Source: Octopus bimaculoides (Eukaryota). From it: a DNA stretch of 33,337 nt. The first letter of the stretch is position 1. The number at the start of each line of letters is the position of its first letter. Of the stretch, positions 1 through 12,192 are shown piece after piece. Where the stretch lies: the NCBI RefSeq assembly GCF_001194135.2, contig NC_068982.1:113148872-113182208 (forward strand), read 5' to 3'. The notes below the pieces were generated by a model. That model made no database searches. It was not told where the DNA came from and saw nothing but the letters and a program-made list of their open reading frames with translations. The position numbers were made by a program, and so were the translations under genes.

Positions 1-134
1 TATATATATATATATATATATGCATACATACATGCACGCTTATATCTATATATACATACACACGCACACGCACGCACACACACGCGCGCATGCACACATA
101 CACACACACACACACATACACATATATATATATA
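1..134. repeat. Compound (TA)n/(CA)n/(CGCA)n microsatellite
   Basis: Dinucleotide runs read directly. Confidence 0.95.
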
Positions 135-136
135 CG

Positions 137-407
137 AAAAGCAAATAAGTAACATGGATGTTCCGGTATCAGTGCGTTACTGCCATTTCAAGCGGCCCCA
201 TTTAATCGATCAAAGCAAACATTACATCAATTTAATTATAACTATAATGAAGTATCTTGTATGCTGCAAATCTATATGGTCGTACGCATCCGGGGAGAGC
301 GGTTTATTTCAAATTGATGTAATATTTGCATTGATCGATTAAATGGAGCCGCTTGAAACGGCAGTAAGGCACCGATACTGGGACATCCTTGTTGCTTATT
401 TGCTTTT
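137..407. mobile_element. MITE/foldback element with ~97-bp inverted arms
   Basis: 137-233 aligns ungapped to the reverse complement of 311-407 with 10 mismatches (87/97); 77-bp spacer; no coding capacity. No clear TSD (left end abuts microsatellite). Confidence 0.8.
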
Positions 408-491
408 TATTCACCTAACTTCGAGCTGTGCGGACAATACTGGACAGACTTGGTGCCTCAACATTAAGTACCTAATTCAACTGAATCTTAG

Positions 492-542
492 TTATATATA
501 TATATATATATATATAGCATAGATATATATACATATATATAT

Positions 543-574
<32 letters not shown>

Positions 575-1159
575 NNNNNNNNNNNNNNNNNNNNNNNNNN
601 NNNNNNNNNNNNNNNNNNNNNNNNNNNNNNNNNNNNNNNNNNNNNNNNNNNNNNNNNNNNNNNNNNNNNNNNNNNNNNNNNNNNNNNNNNNNNNNNNNNN
701 NNNNNNNNNNNNNNNNNNNNNNNNNNNNNNNNNNNNNNNNNNNNNNNNNNNNNNNNNNNNNNNNNNNNNNNNNNNNNNNNNNNNNNNNNNNNNNNNNNNN
801 NNNNNNNNNNNNNNNNNNNNNNNNNNNNNNNNNNNNNNNNNNNNNNNNNNNNNNNNNNNNNNNNNNNNNNNNNNNNNNNNNNNNNNNNNNNNNNNNNNNN
901 NNNNNNNNNNNNNNNNNNNNNNNNNNNNNNNNNNNNNNNNNNNNNNNNNNNNNNNNNNNNNNNNNNNNNNNNNNNNNNNNNNNNNNNNNNNNNNNNNNNN
1001 NNNNNNNNNNNNNNNNNNNNNNNNNNNNNNNNNNNNNNNNNNNNNNNNNNNNNNNNNNNNNNNNNNNNNNNNNNNNNNNNNNNNNNNNNNNNNNNNNNNN
1101 NNNNNNNNNNNNNNNNNNNNNNNNNNNNNNNNNNNNNNNNNNNNNNNNNNNNNNNNNNN

Positions 1160-1216
<57 letters not shown>

Positions 1217-1284
1217 ATATTTATGTACATACACACACACACTCACACACACATACACACACACATACACACACACATATATAT
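492..1284. repeat. (TA)n/(CA)n microsatellites flanking assembly gap 575-1159
   Basis: TA runs on both sides of a 585-N gap; CA run at ~1227-1277. Confidence 0.95.
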
Positions 1285-1497
1285 ACCTTATTAAAAAGCA
1301 GCAAAAATATACAATTAGTTTGACAGATATACATTTGAAAATGGTTTTGTTTCATTGGTCCTTTCGACTAACAGACTTTTCAATAACTGGCTGCATGCAA
1401 TAACAAAATGCAGTATAACATCATCTTATAAAAATCGGAGAAAGCCTCAAATCAAAAATAGCTTATAAACGGCAGAGCCTGAATACCCAGGGTAAAT

Positions 1498-3160
1498 GAT
1501 TATAAACGTCTACTTTCAAGCAGCATTATAGACACCTAGAAAAAAGATAACACGAGTTTATATAAAGAGATGGATTTGGAGGCAAGAAGAATTGCTAACA
1601 ATCTTACAGTTAGTGATTGGATAGAGTATCCCCCCCCCCACACGCCAATCCTTTATTACCCTAAAAGACCACAAAGGTATTTTTAATAGAAACCCTAAAT
1701 GTAGACTAATTAACCCAGCTAAAACTGAAATAGGCACTATTAGCAAATATATTTTAAATCGTGTTTTAAGCATGTTAAATAGTGAATTAAATTTATGGAT
1801 TTGAAAAAATAGCAAGTCAGTGATAGATTGGTCCAAAGGGATTAGCCATAAACATAACTGCAAATTTACACAGTTTGGTATTGTCGATTTTTGCCTGTCA
1901 ATATCTAGGCCTTTACTTCTAAAAGCATTAGACTTCGCAAAGCAGTATGTCACTATTGATAACTCGGAAATATATGTTATCCTGCATGCAAGGAAATCCC
2001 TTCTTTTTCACGAAGATTCCACCTGAGTTAAAAAGAGTGATGATTCTTTTTTCGATGTACCGAAATATATATAGGAACCTATATCTTGCATAATCTGAAT
2101 GTAGAATTCCCTTTTATAGATGCAGGATTATGCAGGGATGATGGACTTATGACTATAAGACCACCATCCCTAGTTTAAACGGCCATGAGTTAGATAACTG
2201 ATTACTTTCTTCCAAAGAATGGTTTTACGGATTACGATAGAAAGTAACCTTAAAAGCGTATATTTTCTAGCTATCAACTTAGATTTACAATTAGATAAAT
2301 TTAAACCCTACCGTAAGTCTAACGAAAAGCTATGTTATATTAGCAAAGAATCTAATCATCCACCCGTAATTCTTAAGAACCCAGTTAATAATGTAAGAAA
2401 GCGAATATCATCAATTTCATCAGATGAGACAGCATTTCAAAATGCTGCGCCGTATTACAACAATGCATTAAGGGAAAGTGGATTCTCGGAGAAGAACCAG
2501 TATAATCAAACTACTACTAGCAATAATAGACCACGTAGAACTAGAACTGGAAACGTTTTGTGGTTTAGTATTGCAGTCAAAACCAATATAGGTAGGAAAT
2601 TCTTAAAATTAGTTTCTAAGCAGTTTCAATCTAGCCATAAGTTCTATAGAATATTTAGTAGGAGAACAGTGAAGGTTAGCTATTCTTATTGCAAAAAATT
2701 CGCCTCTTTTATTAGCCAGCATAACACGAAAATTATTACAGACTGCTACAGGGCTGAATCATATCTCAGGAACTGCAACTTCAAAGACTTGCAGTCCGTT
2801 GGATAGAAAATGTTTTGAAAAAGGAATTGTTTATAGAGCTAAAGTGCAAGTAAATGGGTCACAAGAATATAAAACATATACAGGGGCTTCGGAAAATTCA
2901 TTCAAGACTTGATTCTGTTCCCACCGAAATTCTTTCCTATACCTCGAGAACAGGACAAAGACTAGTCTTCCCAGACTGAAAGTGAATGGCACCCGTCCTT
3001 TCAATATAACCTGGAAAATTCTAGAAAAAGCATCAGCATACAAACATGGAGCTTATAAAACACCTTTGAAAAGTTTTTCATCTGTTAAAATGCTTTGAAC
3101 CAGAAACGCGAGGTCTTAAATTCCTGCAGGCACGCCGTAACGTTTATAATGTCAACCAAC
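1498..3160 (+). mobile_element. Penelope-like retroelement (PLE) remnant: RT followed by C-terminal GIY-YIG endonuclease, disrupted by stops and frameshifts
   Basis: Manual translation gives PLE RT motifs FITLKDHK (1652-1675), KCRLINPAKTEIG, F(G)IVDF, HARKSLLF, GLCRDDGL (2125-2148); ORF 2219-2806 with KPYRKSN, SNHPP, VKTNIGRKFLKL, KVSYS; then CNxK..CxPLDRKC linker, GIVY (2823-2834)...YTG (2877-2885), FKT*FCSHRNSF, ITWKI, LNxKRExLNSCRH (CRH 3125-3133). The GSxDGA motif appears deleted near 2060. 5' boundary approximate. Confidence 0.88.
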
Positions 3161-3530
3161 AAAATACCGTTTGGGTAAAATGTTTTGACTTACGAAAAAG
3201 TTTTGACTGTCGCATTTGAATTTGACTCTACACGTTATAGTTATTTTGTATTGCAATGCTAGTACATATTTTGACTTCACTTTTAAGAAAACTTTCGACT
3301 GTTTTACACATTTAAGCTTAAGCTTCACCGAGGTTTATTTTTATTTTTATTGTTTACTAACGTATTTAATTATTACGGAGATGTACTTGCATAGCAAGTG
3401 ACCTGATCTGAGTTCGTGTGCTGGAAAGAAAACAATTGCAGCTTGGAAGGTGTTTATAAGTCATTTAAGAAACACACAGAAACCGTTAAATTCACTTCAA
3501 CATTTAAATTTAATTTGCCAAAATACTTTG
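3161..3530 (+). mobile_element. Probable 3' UTR/pseudo-LTR part of the PLE, truncated
   Basis: Non-coding stretch directly after the EN C-terminus with repeated TTTTGAC motifs; resembles an abundant octopus repeat from memory only. Confidence 0.4.
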
Positions 3531-3544
3531 CACTAAAGGGGAGG

Positions 3545-4190
3545 ATCTAACACTTTCAGTCTCTAAAAGTAGCTCAGTTATTTCATTGATGCAACCGTCG
3601 TATCGTAGCACCGCTGAAATGTCTCATACTCTGCTATGAATTTGGGACTGTGGGATGACTACAGTAGAGAGCAGTAGTCCAGATGGTTGAGGAGAAATAA
3701 TTTCCATAGAACCAGCGTAGCCTCCTTGTCCTTTGATCTGAAAGTTCTATGAATCCATTCGCCTGCACATTGACTCCATCTCGGCGATATGAACATGAAA
3801 CGAGGCATTGTTGCTCATACCGATCCCCAGATCATTAACTGCACTTGACTCTGTGATTGCGGCTCCTTTTGGTCCAAAACTATCTTTGTTGCATCATATT
3901 AGCGATTATGACGAGTTTTTGTAGCTTGTGACATCTCCCGTGAACAACGTTATCAAACGCCTTTGCAACTTTCGAACGATTCCCAGTTGTTTCAATGCAT
4001 AGTCATAATGCTGCAGAAGCTGTGTGAGGCAGCGTTTCCTGAGCGGAAGCCATACCGGGTGTCAGGGAGCAAGTCTTTACCTTCCAAGAACATGATTAGC
4101 TTTCTCCTGAAAATGTGTTCCATGACATTTCTAACGCGTGAAATTAGAGATACGGGATAATATTTTTTAGCATCTGTTGTATTTACAACT
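3545..4190 (-). mobile_element. CR1-clade LINE RT fragment with internal deletion
   Basis: Minus translation: KYYPVSLISRVRNVMEHIFRRKLIMFLEGKDLLPDTRYGFRSG, CLTQLLQHYDYALKQL, AKAFDNVVHG; then jumps to AVNDLGI, RTFRSKD, LWK..LNHLDYCS, ETFQRCY, LSYF*RLK. YADD-region domains missing. Confidence 0.85.
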
Positions 4191-4199
4191 TGCTTTATT

Positions 4200-4201
<2 letters not shown>

Positions 4202-4232
<31 letters not shown>

Positions 4233-4247
4233 NNNNNNNNNNNNNNN

Positions 4248-4306
<59 letters not shown>
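4202..4306. repeat. (TA)n / gap 4233-4247 / (GT)n microsatellite
   Basis: Read directly. Confidence 0.95.
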
Positions 4307-4308
<2 letters not shown>

Positions 4309-6739
4309 TTGAAGATAGATACATTCATAGATACACTTGACAGATAGCGGTTCACTCTTCCTTGTTCATTCGATCTTTGATAATTATTACTTTCCACCTT
4401 TCCACCTTGTAGAATGACTAAAATCTTCCTCTTTACCAAAGACGCTTAGTGTAATTTCGGGTTTAGTTGGTTCTGACCCGAGTACTATCAGTAGCGGTTT
4501 CTGTTGATCGGACACATAGGAAAATATTGCGAAACATTTTGTTAATAGTATTCTTTGGCCAAAAGCTAACACCATAAAAGTTTCAAGGTTTGAGCTTTAT
4601 CACACTTTGTCAGCGGAATTATAGCCTTCTCGTTTGCCCTCTGGTACTGTAGTATTTAGCTTGCTAAATAGATTGTTAATAAGAAGACATCGAAAGGCGT
4701 CAGGAAATGAGATTAAATGATAATTAAATTATCCAGTATTTACAACATCAGAAATAAACAGAGTAGGGTCAAATGAGCTACTTAAGAAAAAATGTTGTGG
4801 GTTATATAACATTATTAGCTAAATTGTCAATTAATATCTGTTCCTGGCGTCATTTGATATATTTTCTGAACATTACGTTGAATAACTTAGTTGCTACAGA
4901 GCAAGTAATGGCGAAGGCTATATTTCCGCTGTATAATCTTGATAAGCAGAAACGTTTAGATTGTCTCCTTTGTCTGTTTGAGTGAAGAATATTTACTAGT
5001 CCTCATATATTTTCTTCGATCACTGCACTTAGCATTGCTGTGGGGATTTATGATGGTGAAAACATTGAATAAACTGGAATCTACCTTTTTATACTTCAAG
5101 TTTTGATCAGCGCACTTCATGAAGAATTTAGATGAGTATATTTTGGTGACCAGAAAAGGCAGCGTATTGTATGTTACTTGGCGTTGATATATGTACTGAA
5201 TATGCTTTACAACTGCGGTAGGGTCTACTTCATGTTACCAGTAATGGATATTTTAGATATTTCCAGAGATTTTGTTAAAAGTTTTAATGTAAGCCTAACC
5301 GAGTTTTCTAGATTGCATGATGTCAAATTTCGAAAGGAAGAATCAAGTTTAACACTTTCTTTATAGGAGTGAAATAATATTATCATGAAAACATAGTAAA
5401 AAGCAAAGGTTTTTGCTCCTTTCCACTTGGATGCGTATAGATGCAAAAACGTGTATTTCACCATTCCCAGAACATTGCATGTTTGAAAAGTGAATCCCTA
5501 TCTGAATGTGAATGTCCAAATACTTCTACTGTGTCGATATACTATAAACGGAGTTCCAGTTGGAAAGTGTATCACAATCATTTCAAAACTGCGATAACGG
5601 CGAGTAAAGAAGCGAGTAATCCTATTACAGTTTAATTAGTAACATTCACGTATCAGCTGTGATTTTAAAGATACACTGTAATCGTGCAATCTTTGATTTT
5701 AATTAGACACTGGAAATTTCAATTCCATAGTAGTTGTAGTATTCTTATGTCATGCAAAGTTATAAAAGCAGAGGAAATTAATCAATTGAAACTTCAATTC
5801 AAAGTGACGCCTTCAAATTCAAAGCTAAGACACACTTACACTCCCTAAACTCGCCACTAAAAAAGAAACAAAAGCCATAAATCAGAGTTGGCAACATATA
5901 GTTCATCTTCGTAAACATTTGTGTGCAAGTAATTATTTTCAGGATTACGTAATTCCATCACACCATAGAAGTTGGATTACTTATCAGAAACGAATTGTCT
6001 GAAATAATGTTTATAATCCTAATGGGAATAACATAGCTTTAGAATAATTCTATTAGTTGTAAATTTGAGATTGACTTTGGAAACTAATAGTCTCCCAATT
6101 CAGTTCAGTATTAAATGTTCTGCAGGTTATAAACACGAGATCTTTAATAGATGATCGACAGCGCCTATTTAATTCCGTTTACAGGTGGGTCAAAATGTCA
6201 AGAATAATGTATGAAGATGAAGATGTAATAAGTTGATTCAGTCACTAATTGAAGAAAACGATACGTACCATTCCAGCAGGAAAAAAGAAATATAAAGTAC
6301 TTTCAGCGAAATCATTGGAATGAAGAAGGTTAATTTACCTAATTATAAAAGATGTGAAAAATATGTAAAGAAGAGAAAACGTGAAATAAATGAAATACAT
6401 ATTTAAGGTAGGCAGAAATAGTGAGAGAGAGAGATTTCCTACATGAATGACATTCTTATTCGTTTTCTCCTCCTTTCTTCCTATTTCTGACAAGAATTTA
6501 AGAAATTCGCCTCTATAACACCTGAAGACGGGCTGTTGTTAAAAACGTCAGCAGACATTTTAATGCACTTCGGAGAATTTCCCAAGAAGTGTTATCATAC
6601 TCAGAGAAAAAGTGTTTTTATTACAAGGGCCTTTTAAGGAATACACACAAGAGATAAGATGCAGCCAACCCGCTCTTCATAATGATGAAACTGAGTAACG
6701 TCTCCCTATAGTATTCCCAATGCAGACAGTATCATTCAG

Positions 6740-6870
6740 AGTTAAGTCTTCGATCAGGTTTGAAACAAGGTCGCTTACTCAATGACCTCAGATTTCCAGA
6801 CATAGATGCGGTAGCCATTGCTGAGACCAAAATTCCTGGATCGCATACAACACCATTCTAGACGATTACT
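6740..6870 (+). mobile_element. L1/Tx1-type apurinic-like endonuclease N-terminal remnant
   Basis: Frame from 6745: SLRSGLKQGRLLNDLRFPDIDAVAIAETKI, resembling APE motifs NVRGL...D(I/V)xxxQETH; short and degenerate. Confidence 0.45.
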
Positions 6871-7174
6871 TCCGCCTCTTTTGTACTGAGCTTAGAGAAG
6901 GAAACAAATTTGATTGCCACTTACTTTTCGGTAATGTCCTAATGTTTAAAATGTTTTTGTGAGTAAGGGAATGAATCACTACAATGTACTGTATGAGTAA
7001 TGTTTATTCAATTTGTTGTAAAATTGCCGTATAGATTTAGCAATTACCTGAATGCTTCGGAACAACCAGAAAATTCTGTATCACTTTGTTTTAGAATGTA
7101 GGAGAAAAGCTGTACTTCGACGACCTGTATATTATAAATATCCATGAATTCTAGCTGAAATATATTTCACACCT

Positions 7175-7721
7175 TATATATATATATATGTATTATGTGT
7201 GTGTGTGTGTGTGTGTGTGTNNNNNNNNNNNNNNNNNNNNNNNNNNNNNNNNNNNNNNNNNNNNNNNNNNNNNNNNNNNNNNNNNNNNNNNNNNNNNNNN
7301 NNNNNNNNNNNNNNNNNNNNNNNNNNNNNNNNNNNNNNNNNNNNNNNNNNNNNNNNNNNNNNNNNNNNNNNNNNNNNNNNNNNNNNNNNNNNNNNNNNNN
7401 NNNNNNNNNNNNNNNNNNNNNNNNNNNNNNNNNNNNNNNNNNNNNNNNNNNNNNNNNNNNNNNNNNNNNNNNNNNNNNNNNNNNNNNNNNNNNNNNNNNN
7501 NNNNNNNNNNNNNNNNNNNNNNNNNNNNNNNNNNNNNNNNNNNNNNNNNNNNNNNNNNNNNNNNNNNNNNNNNNNNNNNNNNNNNNNNNNNNNNNNNNNN
7601 NNNNNNNNNNNNNNNNNNNNNNNNNNNNNNNNNNNNNNNNNNNNNNNNNNNNNNNNNNNNNNNNNNNNNNNNNNNNNNNNNNNNNNNNNNNNNNNNNNNN
7701 NNNNNNNNNNNNNNNNNNNNN
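7175..7721. repeat. (TA)n/(GT)n microsatellite plus assembly gap 7221-7721
   Basis: Read directly. Confidence 0.95.
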
Positions 7722-8126
7722 CCATGAATTCTAGCTGAAATATATTTCACACCTTATATATATATATATGTATACAAAATATGGGGGTTTAGTTCACAGG
7801 TGATCTAAAAGATTAGGTATGCTAGGTAAAGTACTGTAACAGATTACTAGGGTTATAGCCGAGACGGTAGTTATGGAGCCATTGCAGATTTTCGATATAA
7901 CCGATGTATAATTGTTAAAGAAGACAACAAACGTTAAGGCAAGGTAAACATCTCAAGTCATATACATTATTAATATTGGAAAAAAATTCAGTCTTACTGC
8001 TGTTTCTGGGATATCCCAGAGTATGGGATATTACGTCATATGAAGAATTAATATGAAGAATTAATCCTTAAATTTTTGTATTTCAGATATCATATCAGGC
8101 TATAATAGACTATACCAGACTCTATT

Positions 8127-8186
8127 ATATGAATTTTCTATAATATGAATTTTCTATAATATGAATTTTCTATAATATGAATTTTC
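8127..8186 (+). repeat. Tandem repeat, 16-bp unit ATATGAATTTTCTATA x ~3.75
   Basis: Three perfect units plus a 12-bp partial. Confidence 0.9.
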
Positions 8187-8660
8187 ATAGAAAGCGTCAC
8201 CTTCAATATTACACAAACATCAGCTTTGCTATCAACTATTAAGATCATATCACTAATTTAAACTATAATAATTCGTCACAGAAGAAATGACAGAGATGTA
8301 TGTGTAATCTGTAATATTGGTTTGATATTTTTAAATTAAGGCGAATATCTGTCTCCTATTCGTATCTATGGTAGACTGATAAAAATAAGAGATTACGCGG
8401 TAGTCAAAGCAATTTTCTAAAACTGGCCCTGTGCCTGAACACTAAAAATTCATTATTACATTTATAAACTGAAGCAACATATGTTGCTTATTTTTTGGTA
8501 GTTTTTGACTTATTTAGTCCCTCTAAGTGTGAGGCATTACTATATAGTTAATGCCCTTATATAAATTATATATATTTATGGAAAAAAACGATGGGTTTTT
8601 TTCCTTATGGGGTTTTTTCACGCTGACTACTTGATAAATTCTTATAAAGATTTTATCCTA

Positions 8661-8663
8661 TAT

Positions 8664-8699
<36 letters not shown>

Positions 8700-9104
8700 N
8701 NNNNNNNNNNNNNNNNNNNNNNNNNNNNNNNNNNNNNNNNNNNNNNNNNNNNNNNNNNNNNNNNNNNNNNNNNNNNNNNNNNNNNNNNNNNNNNNNNNNN
8801 NNNNNNNNNNNNNNNNNNNNNNNNNNNNNNNNNNNNNNNNNNNNNNNNNNNNNNNNNNNNNNNNNNNNNNNNNNNNNNNNNNNNNNNNNNNNNNNNNNNN
8901 NNNNNNNNNNNNNNNNNNNNNNNNNNNNNNNNNNNNNNNNNNNNNNNNNNNNNNNNNNNNNNNNNNNNNNNNNNNNNNNNNNNNNNNNNNNNNNNNNNNN
9001 NNNNNNNNNNNNNNNNNNNNNNNNNNNNNNNNNNNNNNNNNNNNNNNNNNNNNNNNNNNNNNNNNNNNNNNNNNNNNNNNNNNNNNNNNNNNNNNNNNNN
9101 NNNN

Positions 9105-9142
<38 letters not shown>
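8661..9142. repeat. (TA)n flanking assembly gap 8700-9105
   Basis: Read directly. Confidence 0.95.
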
Positions 9143-9146
<4 letters not shown>

Positions 9147-9284
9147 CGCTCTTGTATTTGGCTTGCAAAATTCTCTATCTGAACACGTGTGTTGAAACAT
9201 ATTGTTTTTCCAGAAACTTAAAGGAGGGCACAGTATGTCCTGTCCATACATGAGGAAGCAGAGCAAAGGCTAAAAATCATTGTC

Positions 9285-9665
9285 CTGTCTCTCAAAGACT
9301 GAAAGAATTACAACTCTACTCCCTGGAGCGAAAACGGAAGAGATATGCCATGATATGGAAGACATTGAAGATAATGAAAATATGAGTTATACCGGCCTAA
9401 GACAAAGACGCCGTTACACTGTTCCAAACAGCCCACCCATCCCTTCTAGAGTGAGAGCGATGTACTGCAATAGCTTGTTCATTCAAAGATTCACGGCTAT
9501 TTAATATGCTGTGAAGAAACCTGAGAGGCCTACATATAGTAGGTATAAATATTTTCAAGAACTACCTTCACTTTCTGCAATTCAACATCCCAGATGTCCT
9601 TACATCACAGCAAGAAACTGAAATGAAGGCAGAAAAATGAGGCTACCTCATTCATCAAAGCCAAC
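9285..9665 (+). mobile_element. CR1-clade LINE ORF2 C-terminal fragment
   Basis: QRLKELQLYSLERKRKRYAMIWKTL, PSRVRAMYCNSL, LFNML*RNLRGLHIVGINIFKNYLHF...IPDV, the typical post-RT CR1 tail (RLKxLxLYSLERRR; LFNxLP; FKxxLD). Confidence 0.8.
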
Positions 9666-9730
9666 CTCAGACGAATGCCTATTGAAAAGGGTATGATATA
9701 TGCGGTGCTTCAGCATGGCGACATCCTATT

Positions 9731-9860
9731 CACATACATATATGCACACATTCATACATATATGTGTGTATGTGTGTATGTGTGTCTGTGTGTTTGTGTT
9801 TGTGTGTGTGTCTGTGTGTTTGTCTGTCAGTCTGCATGTATGTATATTTGTATGTATGTG
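9731..9860. repeat. Compound (CA/TA/GT) microsatellite
   Basis: Read directly. Confidence 0.9.
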
Positions 9861-10225
9861 CGTGTTGGCTTCCATAGTATACTGTCTTTCTGAGAGTGTT
9901 CAACAAACCCGTGAATTTTAATTCTACAATAGAGCACAGAGTATGTCTGAACAAAATAGTTTGGGAAATGTCTAAAGTGTAAAGATCAATGTAATAATTC
10001 AAACAAGACATAGCAGCGAAGGAAAACACCAATTTTGTGTGTTTTACGAGTATATAAATTATAAATACAAGGTGCAAAAAATAAGATAAAGCATTATATC
10101 AAAAATCAATATGTCAAATCTAGAAATGTTTAAATCACATTTAATATTATCATCACTATTAGAAACTAAAGTATAATCGTTGATATTATTAGCATTAACA
10201 CCAGTGATAAGAGGTATCTTTATTT

Positions 10226-10303
10226 GTTTTTTTAATATTTCGGTTTATGTTGTTCTTTATATGTTTTTTTAATATTTCGGTTTATGTTATTCTTTATATG
10301 TTT
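10226..10303 (+). repeat. 37-bp tandem duplication
   Basis: GTTTTTTTAATATTTCGGTTTATGTT(G/A)TTCTTTATAT twice with one mismatch. Confidence 0.9.
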
Positions 10304-11006
10304 GTTCTTCTTTGTTATGTTTAAGATATTTGTCTTATTTTAGAACTATTGTCTTTCAACAATACTGTTTAACGGCTTGTTTACTTTTCTCAAATTCGAA
10401 TTTCCTGTATTTATGTCGTATTCTAGACACACTAGAAGAATAATACGTCTAAATCAATGTGGATGAAACTATTATTGTTTCTTACATAAGTATGAAATCC
10501 CAAAGTTAGAAAGAATGGTAAATGTGAACATTTCATGTTCACACCTTTCCTAATAGTTTACCAGTGCAAGGTGAAGCACGTCCAAAGAGAAATACGAAAT
10601 GGAGCCTAATTCATTTCGTATTCCTATTATGACTCATCTAAATTTATTTCTGTAATACGTCTAATCGTATTTTATTTCTGTAATTTCAATCACTTCACAC
10701 TAGTTATGTGCTGTTTCTCAGACATTTTTTTAAAAATATTTTAACGGCACGAAGTTAATTACAATGACCCTCATATCTTTTCTTACTGTATAGGTGTCAT
10801 AAGAGAAGAAATATAACTTAGAGAGAGAATTGAAACTGTTTCATAAGGTTGAGTGTATTATTTGTTCTACGCACTCACCAATTAATGCATAAATAATTCC
10901 TTTCTGACATTGTGGTAAACAACAAATTTGGTACGGAAATCAGTTGAATCGAACACTTATCTATGGGTTTCTGATGTTGGCCGCTTGTCTGGCATTATTG
11001 AGATTT

Positions 11007-11098
11007 GGGGGTTAGTCGATACCACTAATCACAAGTACTTGACTGGTATTTTATTTTATCGATCGCGGAGGGATGAGAACCAAAGTTAACCTCCGGCG
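11007..11098 (-). mobile_element. SINE fragment (Nin/Deu-domain-like core of an octopus-type tRNA SINE)
   Basis: Minus strand GAGGTTAACTTTGGTTCTCATCCCTCCGCGATCGATAAAATAAAATACCAGTCAAGTACT resembles the Nin-domain core GAGGTCGACTTTGCCTTTCATCCTTTCGGGGTCGATAAA..AGTACCAG; related fragments at 17492-17640 and 20789-20840. Confidence 0.55.
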
Positions 11099-12037
11099 TT
11101 ATAGCTATTCTTCCAGCTATCCGTCTTTGAGTATCTTTCTGTTGAATGTGATGCTGAATATACTTCTAAAATCTTTCGTTTCTGATTATCAACTATTTCT
11201 ATTGTTTGCAAATGGAAAGACAAAAAGGATAATGTTCAGATGCCTATACAATTTTCTCAAGTCTGCTACTTCTAAGTCGCTCGTCTCCTCACTTCTTGTC
11301 ATATGTGTACGCGTGCGTGTCGGTGAATGATTGAATAGTTTTTTGAGGTAGGGTGTTTATTTCTTCCAAATTACTCTACGTACACATGCATGCATCTAAA
11401 ACAGTTTTAGGGATTAAAGGAAATTAAATACATACCCAGCTGGGTGTGGCATCCATTACTAACTGAAAAGTTAGATTTATTATAAAATTAACTTTAACTT
11501 TGTAAATAGAATACCAAGAGCAAACCCGAAATCAAAACGTGTTCAGTAGCATGTGTGTCAAATAGTCAAGAACCCATATTAAGACCGTAATTCATGTTGT
11601 GACATTGATTCTCCAGTAACGTTAAATGACGTAACTTGAAATCAAATCGGTCTGTGATTTGCAAAAGCCTGTACGTCTAGAAAGAACGTGATGTTTCACT
11701 TAAAACAAATAGCCTGGTTAATAGCGCCGCTGGTGTTACCACAACAATTTTGTACAGATGTGAAATGAATACATTATACGGGACTGAAATCAATGTTCTT
11801 GATGAATTTTGCCTGATGTTTGCATTCAATATCATATGTATATGTTTACAGATAATAAATCCGTGCATATGCACATGCATATGCATATTCATACGTGTAA
11901 AAGCTTAAATAAACAAGCATCAGTATATCACAAGGCATCTTATACACTCACATGAACAAACACACATTCGCATATATTACAAATATTCCATCAGAACACG
12001 AAAACGTTTCAAGCAACCCCAAAACAACCCATACAAT

Positions 12038-12047
12038 GTGCACACAC

Positions 12048-12086
<39 letters not shown>
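12038..12086. repeat. (CA)n microsatellite
   Basis: Read directly. Confidence 0.95.
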
Positions 12087-12192
12087 TGCCATAATCATAC
12101 ATTACACATATCTGTTTATCACACCAAAAACACAATATAAGAAAAGCATTTCACCATTTTTAATAATGTTCTGTGACCACAGGCAAAATAAC

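Noticed and set aside
1498-2912. Selenoprotein-type PLE (in-frame TGA at 1802, 2024, 2910)
   Set aside because: These TGAs sit where Trp (W-KN, W-VKK) or Arg (R-F) is expected, consistent with TGG/CGA decay; TAG stops and frameshifts are also present, and no SECIS was seen.
6516-6560. Hammerhead-like CTGAAGA-CGGG...AAACGTC
   Set aside because: No GAAA box, no stem II closure and no stem I partner.
8127-8186. CRISPR-like repeat array
   Set aside because: Head-to-tail tandem repeat without spacers, in a eukaryotic context with no cas genes.
3545-9665. Single CR1 split by a 5.7-kb inversion (minus piece ends near where the plus piece begins)
   Set aside because: The two pieces overlap by about 30 bp in element coordinates (both contain the RLK region) and differ there; no matching second breakpoint. 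Two independent copies is simpler.
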